Origin: Escherichia phage HC6
Direction: 5' to 3' (one strand)
Sequence record: OL362274.1
DNA: 47,726 nucleotides
In this document: positions 41,823-47,726 of the stretch, piece after piece
How the letters are laid out: the number at the start of each line of letters is the position of its first letter
How positions within the stretch are numbered: position 1 is the stretch's first letter
The notes under the pieces: generated by a model
Seen by the model: the letters and a program-made list of their open reading frames with translations, nothing else
What the model was told of the DNA's origin: nothing
Databases searched by the model: none
Made by a program: the position numbers and the translations under genes

Positions 41823-42127
41823 TATGCTTTGATGTTAACTTTTATTGCGAACACTTCCACCGGGTCAGGACCGAAGTGTGGGTGGGTGATGGTCTTAACC
41901 GTCCATCCATCGTATGGGATATCAATACGCCTGGATTTATCGTCCTTCTTTGGATATCCTTTTGTGATAATTAACCTTTCGTACTTCCTTCCAATCTGTC
42001 CGCTGTCTTTAAAGTTAATAAGGCGCTTCTTCCAGTAGTCATTAAAAAGGCGATACTCTTCCGTTTTCTCTCCGCGAATCATGGCATCGAAGTATTCACC
42101 TTTGACAGCAAGTTGCAGGTTAGCCAT
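41822..42127 (-). CDS. ASCH domain protein
   Basis: about 101 aa from ATG 42127; GEKTEEYR resembles ASCH pattern. Confidence 0.5.
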   Translation of the reverse strand: MANLQLAVKGEYFDAMIRGEKTEEYRLFNDYWKKRLINFKDSGQIGRKYERLIITKGYPKKDDKSRRIDIPYDGWTVKTITHPHFGPDPVEVFAIKVNIKA

Positions 42128-42384
42128 TACCGCGCCTCCAGTCTCCATACCGCCTGACCAATCCGGCTGGCATAGGTGTCTTTGGATACCGCTCCGTCTT
42201 TAGCCAGCTCCATAAGAATTTTTCGCAAATCTGCCGAACGCCATTCTTCATCAGGAAATTCCTTCTCCATTGCCAACCGCAAATTCCATGTTGCTATCCT
42301 GAATGGATATTCCCCGCCGAGAGCTTTCTCTTGCAGGGCAGCCCGGGAACGCATCACCTGCAAAACCTTCTCTTTTACATCCAT
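42127..42384 (-). CDS. hypothetical protein
   Basis: 85 aa track ORF. Confidence 0.5.
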   Translation of the reverse strand: MDVKEKVLQVMRSRAALQEKALGGEYPFRIATWNLRLAMEKEFPDEEWRSADLRKILMELAKDGAVSKDTYASRIGQAVWRLEAR

Positions 42385-42394
42385 TTCCTTACCC

Positions 42395-42586
42395 TCACTT
42401 AATCATCAATTTTGAAATGTCAACATAACCAACAGAAAATCTGCGCCAGTAATCATCAAGTACGTGGTAATTAGATCGAATCCATACTTTGTTAATCCCA
42501 GACCAGAAAAACCACGTCGAATAACCATACGGTCTGAAATTCCATGAGCCTTCTGAGCGGCAAAGTTCGCCTGATATTGTTATCAT
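42395..42586 (-). CDS. hypothetical small protein
   Basis: 63 aa track ORF. Confidence 0.4.
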   Translation of the reverse strand: MITISGELCRSEGSWNFRPYGYSTWFFWSGINKVWIRSNYHVLDDYWRRFSVGYVDISKLMIK

Positions 42587-44139
42587 TTCAACCTCGGATT
42601 TATGTGAACAGTGTTTCCGATAAATACGCAGTAACCATCCTCTTCAAGTGATGGCAATACACTTGATCTGAGTCGGTCATAAATTTTAGGTATCCCTTTG
42701 AATGGTCGCACGTTTTTAAGTGAATCATAAAGCCACTTCACCGTTACGCTATTTTTCCCTTTCTGAGCGGCGGAGCGTAGTTTTTCGGCAACAACATCAA
42801 ACTCAGATCGTTCACCAGCATACCCATTTGATTCAACAGCATCAGTGAACGTTTTTGTCAGTGCGTCATAAACACTGATGGCGCGACTAATTTCATTTTC
42901 ACCGATAATCTTTGAACGCTTTCCTCCATCGCACCAGTTTTCAGCAGCGTGAAATATTGCTGCCAGACGTATTATTTGCTTATCAGCTTTACCCATCGCG
43001 CCACGAAGAAGAACGTGGTCCCACTTACCGCCGGGAAGGAAGTTTTTCTCCCACTGATTTCGTAACAGGCCGATCATTCTTGCTGAGTCATTGTGAAGCG
43101 TCAGTTTTGTTTTTTCTGCTGACACAACATTATGTATAAATCTTGCATATTCCGACCTCAAGCTGTCTGGCATTGGCTTGCTTACAGGGCAATCATTAAC
43201 CATGTCCCAGTGTTCGCGATAGCCAAGCATTGATTGCTCTCGCAACATCAGGAAACGTTCAGAAAGACCGTTCCCCCTGTCGCCAGCGGCAAGAATGGCA
43301 TCAATACTTTCATCCTGCGCAATCACACTTATGTTTCCAAGCACGTAACCAGATGAAACGCCACGACCAACACGAGCAGAGCCAATGAATCCGCCATCCC
43401 ATCCCTTCAGGATTACTTCGGCGTTTGCCTTTCCACCTTCTTTTCCGTAAGAAAGGCCAAGGCATGTGTTAAGAACGCTTGCCTCGTCACTTATCAGATT
43501 AAAAAAACCACCTTCATGAATGGCCTGATGCTGAACAGCCTCCGGAGTTGCGTCCGTCAGTGGATATGTGATCGTATAAAGCTCCTCCAGCTTCTCCTTT
43601 TCGCGAGCAATATCATCTCCGATTAGTGCCTTTGCATTCTGATTACTGGCCTCTTTGTATGCCTTCATCAGTTCTTCGATGCGAAGATTTATTTTTATGA
43701 TTTGCTTTTCCATCTTTTTAGAAAGGTTGTCATATTCAATCTTCACCGGATTCATGTGCATTGAGTTGATGGCTGTTTTCCCTGCTGATGGAGGCTGAGA
43801 AGTCACCACGTAAAGAGAGACTGGAAGTTCTGAATGGTAATACTCAACGCTAAAGTTTCTCGTCATTGCGCTGGCAACGCACCCAAGTAAATGCATGAAC
43901 GATGTATTTATTGGGAACTGAACTGCGCGAGCTGCAGCGATTGCATAACGAGACAGCAAATCAGTCCGGTGCTCACTGGTCAGTTCTGTTTCTGAGTACG
44001 TTACATCGCGCTCCTTTCCTTCCTTGATGTCAAGCCACATGTTAGAACTTGGTGTCATGCCATGATGGAAGGCAACGCGAGCCGGAGATACTTTTAACTC
44101 CCTTGCTTCGTTGAAGATGTCTTGCGCTGTGATCATCAT
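42583..44139 (-). CDS. putative replication-associated ATPase (DUF3987-like)
   Basis: 518 aa; P-loop-like SQPPSAGKT and DEAS-like LISDEAS; beside candidate origin. Confidence 0.45.
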   Translation of the reverse strand: MMITAQDIFNEARELKVSPARVAFHHGMTPSSNMWLDIKEGKERDVTYSETELTSEHRTDLLSRYAIAAARAVQFPINTSFMHLLGCVASAMTRNFSVEYYHSELPVSLYVVTSQPPSAGKTAINSMHMNPVKIEYDNLSKKMEKQIIKINLRIEELMKAYKEASNQNAKALIGDDIAREKEKLEELYTITYPLTDATPEAVQHQAIHEGGFFNLISDEASVLNTCLGLSYGKEGGKANAEVILKGWDGGFIGSARVGRGVSSGYVLGNISVIAQDESIDAILAAGDRGNGLSERFLMLREQSMLGYREHWDMVNDCPVSKPMPDSLRSEYARFIHNVVSAEKTKLTLHNDSARMIGLLRNQWEKNFLPGGKWDHVLLRGAMGKADKQIIRLAAIFHAAENWCDGGKRSKIIGENEISRAISVYDALTKTFTDAVESNGYAGERSEFDVVAEKLRSAAQKGKNSVTVKWLYDSLKNVRPFKGIPKIYDRLRSSVLPSLEEDGYCVFIGNTVHINPRLK

Positions 44140-44375
44140 GAAATCCTTTTTACGTAAACCATGTCTTTGTCAGGATACCCAACCTTTGTTGAGAATTTCA
44201 TGCCTTCATTCCTGCGCATGAAGTAGTTTAATGCGTTCCTCAGGTTTGCAATGCCTCCAAACCTCTTCGAATTAATCATCACAGTCTCACCTACTGAAAC
44301 CGCCGACAACCCAGAAAGAGCTGCATTCTTTTTGCCGTACTTATCAAGTTTCACAAAAGCCTCCAACAGCAACAA
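44136..44375 (-). CDS. hypothetical protein
   Basis: 79 aa; first gene downstream of candidate origin on minus strand. Confidence 0.45.
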   Translation of the reverse strand: MLLLEAFVKLDKYGKKNAALSGLSAVSVGETVMINSKRFGGIANLRNALNYFMRRNEGMKFSTKVGYPDKDMVYVKRIS

Positions 44376-44430
44376 ATTATGATTGAATCATATCATAAGT
44401 ATTGATTCATGCAACATCAAATACGACTCG

Positions 44431-44730
44431 CGTGGGTAACGTGGGGCAGCCGTGGGGAACATCACCTTCCCCACGAACTTTTACTCTAAGTATATGTAAT
44501 ATAATAAAATTATTATTATTTGGGGTAATGGGTAATATTATTATTCATATTATAGATAGTAATTAACATAATATTAACAAATGGATTATTTGAATATATT
44601 TATAAGGGGATGGGTATGAAATCTGCCCCACTTACCCAAACATGTTAAAAGCCGCATGGCGCAAGGGTTTCCCGTGGGGCATACCACCTTCCCCACGACC
44701 TGCCCCACGGGCAAAAATTTACCCCACGAG
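44431..44730. repeat. iteron cluster flanking AT-rich stretch (candidate replication origin)
   Basis: seven exact CCCCACG/CGTGGGG copies plus two one-mismatch copies, both orientations, flanking about 140 bp of AT-rich DNA. Confidence 0.5.
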
Positions 44731-44750
44731 CACGTTTTTAACGCATTTAT

Positions 44751-44781
44751 GTTGACGTAGAATCATCATTGATGTAGATTG
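44751..44781. promoter_or_regulatory. promoter region with paired inverted TCTACRYCA motifs
   Basis: GTTGACGTAGAATC and TTGATGTAGATTG 30 nt upstream of ATG 44811. Confidence 0.4.
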
Positions 44782-44810
44782 AACTCATCGGAACAAACGA
44801 GAGTGAAGAG

Positions 44811-44957
44811 ATGAAAATCAAAGACCGTGAAGAATTTGAAGATGCACAGGCAATGGCACGCATTGCAGTTGAGCGCACAAACAAAAGCATTCCTGCAGAA
44901 GCATTCTGGAACGCAGCAATGCAGGCTTTAATCTCAGCGTATGGGTTAAGCAAATGA
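44811..44957 (+). CDS. hypothetical small protein
   Basis: 48 aa (MKIKDREEFEDAQAMARIAVERTNK...); first gene after candidate origin. Confidence 0.4.
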   Translation: MKIKDREEFEDAQAMARIAVERTNKSIPAEAFWNAAMQALISAYGLSK

Positions 44958-45137
44958 CAGGCGCAGCATTCGAACTTATTGCCAGTCTTGTTACCGTGGC
45001 ATTCATCATTATCGCAGTGGCAGTTTCCAAATCAGGGTATAAGGAGTAATAAGATGAGCAACTGGCATAACGAACACATCATGCAGCTGTATCGCCGTCG
45101 CATTAAGTCAATCATTAACTCTTGCGAGGTGCAATAA

Positions 45138-45320
45138 ATGGCAAAGACTATCTATCGTCGCGAGAAACTGGAGCAGGAACTCGGTCACGTTGGCGCGCAG
45201 AACTTCATGAGCAAGCAGGCACGCAATGCAATGGAATCTATCCGCGTAAATCGCGTTGTGCGCGTGTTTAATGGTGAAGGAAAGCGAAGAGTAATGGATG
45301 AGCTGATTGTCGTGTTCTGA
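45138..45320 (+). CDS. hypothetical small protein
   Basis: 60 aa track ORF, basic. Confidence 0.4.
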   Translation: MAKTIYRREKLEQELGHVGAQNFMSKQARNAMESIRVNRVVRVFNGEGKRRVMDELIVVF

Positions 45321-45356
45321 CATCGATTCAGCGCTTTTATTTTTAATGGTGATGAC

Positions 45357-45590
45357 ATGGCAAAAGTGAAAACATACGAGTTCTGGTTTGTGCAGAACAA
45401 AATGTATGCGAGCAGGGCAATCAGGCGAGTCCACTGGTGGAATAAGTGGCTAATCCTGTCAGGCTGCATCGTGCTGGCAAAGTGCAAATTCAAAGCAATT
45501 GACATCACAGATGAGGATGCGCTCAAAATCGCAAAGATTGAGTTTGAAGAAGATGGTTATTACGAAGAAATAATGGGGGTTAGGGTATGA
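45357..45590 (+). CDS. hypothetical protein
   Basis: 77 aa track ORF. Confidence 0.5.
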   Translation: MAKVKTYEFWFVQNKMYASRAIRRVHWWNKWLILSGCIVLAKCKFKAIDITDEDALKIAKIEFEEDGYYEEIMGVRV

Positions 45591-45868
45591 GTGAGGTTAA
45601 AACATACGCAGTAAACTGCAACGACGCGTGGCTCAACACAGATGGCGATGACATCTCTGACTCATATGTTAAGTATGCTGATTACGCAGCTCTTCAAACT
45701 AAATGCGATGAGCTACTTAAAGAAATTAAAAACATGCAGGACCAAGCCATTGATGATGGATGCCGAATTGCAGAGCTTGAAGAAGCCTTGCGAGATAAGC
45801 AGGCACTAATTCCTGATGAGCACGACACCACCAACCAGCAATTCGAAAGCCTGGCTAAAAGTGAATAG
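45587..45868 (+). CDS. hypothetical protein
   Basis: 93 aa, acidic; ATGA overlap with upstream gene. Confidence 0.5.
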   Translation: MSEVKTYAVNCNDAWLNTDGDDISDSYVKYADYAALQTKCDELLKEIKNMQDQAIDDGCRIAELEEALRDKQALIPDEHDTTNQQFESLAKSE

Positions 45869-45931
45869 CTACCCGTTCATATTAATTATCAGTGCGCTCT
45901 ATGTTGCGCACGCTTTAGTGGAGATGTATGG

Positions 45932-46153
45932 ATGACAACAAGAAGCGAATATCTTCGTGATATTTCTTATAAACTCGCAGAATGGTCTTCTGTTGTTAAT
46001 GACCGAGAGGCGCTTAGCAGAAAAACCCCAATTGAGCTTGAAAATCTTCTTGATGAAGCATCAAAGGTTATGATGGAGGAGTCTCATCTTCACAAGAGAA
46101 AAGAGATTTCCATTAGGCAGAAGTTTGCATTATGGCTTCTTAAACACAGCTAA
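45932..46153 (+). CDS. hypothetical protein
   Basis: 73 aa track ORF. Confidence 0.5.
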   Translation: MTTRSEYLRDISYKLAEWSSVVNDREALSRKTPIELENLLDEASKVMMEESHLHKRKEISIRQKFALWLLKHS

Positions 46154-46165
46154 CAGGAGATTCTT

Positions 46166-46273
46166 ATGACCAGACACCAACGACGTCGCTACACCGTTGG
46201 CGCTAAAATCTTCCTTGCTGTTTATGCGCTGGCATTGGTAGCAGCTATTGCGGGAGTTTTGCATTATGTTTAA
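46166..46273 (+). CDS. small membrane peptide
   Basis: 35 aa; AGGAG RBS 7 nt upstream. Confidence 0.3.
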   Translation: MTRHQRRRYTVGAKIFLAVYALALVAAIAGVLHYV

Positions 46274-46445
46274 CGATATCAGCGACGCAATGCAGAACAT
46301 GTGGGAACGCTACTGGAACAGCATGAAGACATGTCACTACATGATGGTACAGATAGGTAGTTACATTGAGGTTGTTCCTGACAATGGTGTGCACGACATT
46401 AAGTACATGTGCTCAACGAGGGATTATGCTAATGCAAACCACTAA
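46266..46445 (+). CDS. hypothetical small protein
   Basis: 59 aa from ATG 46266; in frame with track ORF 46248. Confidence 0.45.
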   Translation: MFNDISDAMQNMWERYWNSMKTCHYMMVQIGSYIEVVPDNGVHDIKYMCSTRDYANANH

Positions 46446-46599
46446 ACAGAAAGTCTGGCAACTCGCAAAGCAGCACGAATTAGACGATTTCATCGAGAAG
46501 GTTGCAAAGACATTCCCTGACGCGCTTGAAGTCGTTCATGTGCAGACGCGAAATGAAAATGCATGGTGCTACACAAAAAATCATACAAATGGTAGATGA
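46429..46599 (+). CDS. hypothetical small protein
   Basis: 56 aa; in frame with track ORF 46366. Confidence 0.4.
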   Translation, partial: LMQTTKQKVWQLAKQHELDDFIEKVAKTFPDALEVVHVQTRNENAWCYTKNHTNGR

Positions 46600-47026
46600 A
46601 ATGAAGCTAACAAAAAAACAACGCGAAGAGCTACGCATGAAGTTCGGTGGTCGCTGTGCTTATTGTGGGTGTGAGCTACCCGAGAAAGGTTGGCATGCAG
46701 ACCATGTTGAACCAGTGCTACGTAAATCTGAGCAGTGCATGAAGGCAGCGGCGAAAGGGATTTTCAAGCTGAAGGCAACCGGTGAGCTATATCGACCAGA
46801 AGCCGAGCGACTGGAAAACCTTTACCCTGCGTGCGCCCCCTGCAATCTGATGAAAACTTCCTATTCCCTGGAAATGTTCAGGAAGCAGGTATCTCTTCAG
46901 GTTGCTCGTGGGCGCAAAAGCAGCATGAATTTCCGCACTGCAGAGCGTTTCGGTCTTATCGCCGTGGTGGAGAGGCCAGTTGTTTTCTGGTTTGAGAAAT
47001 ACCAGGAAGAGAACGAAAAAAAATAA
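46589..47026 (+). CDS. HNH endonuclease
   Basis: CAYCG...HADHVEP...NLYPACAPCN HNH motif; about 145 aa from ATG 46589. Confidence 0.8.
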   Translation: MVDEMKLTKKQREELRMKFGGRCAYCGCELPEKGWHADHVEPVLRKSEQCMKAAAKGIFKLKATGELYRPEAERLENLYPACAPCNLMKTSYSLEMFRKQVSLQVARGRKSSMNFRTAERFGLIAVVERPVVFWFEKYQEENEKK

Positions 47027-47122
47027 ATGTGTTTATGATGCTCTGTTGGCAAGCGCGATAATGATGGTGTACAATAAACGCATAACCACCATTGCTTTCA
47101 CTTATATCATCACCCAACCTTT

Positions 47123-47149
47123 AACCCGCCTTGTGCGGGTTCTTTTTTA
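47123..47149 (+). terminator. rho-independent terminator
   Basis: CCCGC-cttgtg-GCGGG then TTCTTTTTT. Confidence 0.6.
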
Positions 47150-47206
47150 TCTACGTCTATGTGTTAAAATTAGCGTATGTGAGTTACTCAAAGAACACAA
47201 AAAGAC

Positions 47207-47647
47207 ATGGCGAATCCAAATCCAAAACACAAGTTTTCCTCTACAAATCAACCGCCTCCGCGCGGTAAGAGTTATCGCACAGTGCTGCTTGAGGCGCTTC
47301 GTGCTGCAAATACACCGATGAATGAGATTGAATTCGTCACGTATTACATCAATAGGGCCATGACATGCGAAGACGCTCAGGCAACTGGTATGCTTCGAGA
47401 GATATTCCTGCGGCTCAACCCAATTCCTAAGCCTGTAGCTCCTCCTGTGGAGTTTGACTTCCCTGCTGACGGAACTCCGGTTCAGAAAATGGATGCAATC
47501 ATCAAGGGTGTCTCCACTGGCGTCGTGCCTGCTGACATCGGCAAGATGATGGCTGACATTATCAAGTCTGGCCTTGATATTCAGGAAATCACCGAACTCG
47601 CAGCGCGACTTGAGCGACTGGAGAAATTGCTGGAACAGCAACAGTAA
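47207..47647 (+). CDS. putative terminase small subunit
   Basis: 146 aa, basic N-terminus, C-terminal coiled-coil-like LAARLERLEKLLEQQQ; would sit upstream of HNH and TerL if genome is circularly joined; weak. Confidence 0.35.
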   Translation: MANPNPKHKFSSTNQPPPRGKSYRTVLLEALRAANTPMNEIEFVTYYINRAMTCEDAQATGMLREIFLRLNPIPKPVAPPVEFDFPADGTPVQKMDAIIKGVSTGVVPADIGKMMADIIKSGLDIQEITELAARLERLEKLLEQQQ

Positions 47648-47663
47648 CTGATTTATAATAATT

Positions 47664-47713
47664 AATGCGGCAAAGGGTAGCTCCCTGCCCGGATTGGTCT
47701 CCGGGCTGCCGCA
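47664..47713 (+). other. nested hairpin structure at window edge
   Basis: TGCGGCA ... TGCCGCA outer stem enclosing AGGG-tagct-CCCT and CCCGGA-ttggtc-TCCGGG; may be cut by window end. Confidence 0.3.
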
Positions 47714-47726
47714 TCCATCCAGTGAC

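Noticed and set aside
44431-44730. Possible CRISPR array suggested by short direct repeats
   Set aside because: Repeats are only 7 to 14 bp, occur in both orientations with irregular spacing and an AT-rich centre; that is iteron or origin architecture, not repeat-spacer organisation.
47147-47641. 164-aa minus-strand ORF antisense to the putative small terminase gene
   Set aside because: Spans a terminator and promoter motif; the plus-strand frame has more protein-like composition.

Overview
This 47.7-kb window reads as an essentially complete, densely coded genome of a tailed dsDNA phage (siphovirus-like, lambda-style tail gene order), most likely infecting E. coli or a close enterobacterial relative. 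All calls are from reading the sequence and the supplied ORF track; no database search, motif scan or GC computation was run. Layout: HNH endonuclease and large terminase (24..1953); a cassette of small translationally coupled genes (2030..3384); portal and Mu F-like head morphogenesis genes (3444..5787); a minus-strand four-gene island (5871..7319); a lysis cassette with endolysin, putative holin and an Rz-like spanin with embedded Rz1-like lipoprotein (7424..8572); a minus-strand block of small genes (8585..10093); plus-strand small genes including a Lar-like protein (10193..12684); capsid genes (12701..16755); a minus-strand accessory operon (16788..20104); head-tail and tail genes with a minus-strand tRNA (20216..34168); a minus-strand replication and recombination module (34427..44375); an iteron-flanked AT-rich region that looks like an origin (44431..44730); and small plus-strand genes, a fourth HNH and a possible small terminase (44811..47647). 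No integrase, repressor, CRISPR array or transposase was seen, so the phage looks virulent. The strongest candidate for something new is the minus-strand operon at 16788..20104, which encodes a half-length homologue of the host beta sliding clamp (DnaN) together with a compact C5-cytosine methyltransferase, a ParB-like nuclease-domain protein and several unknown proteins. Other notable points are a TCTAC(G/A)(T/C)CA motif recurring in promoter regions, a conserved junction sequence in the small-gene cassette, a mosaic tail fibre with a C-terminal intramolecular chaperone, and a 575-bp ORF-free structured region next to the tRNA.
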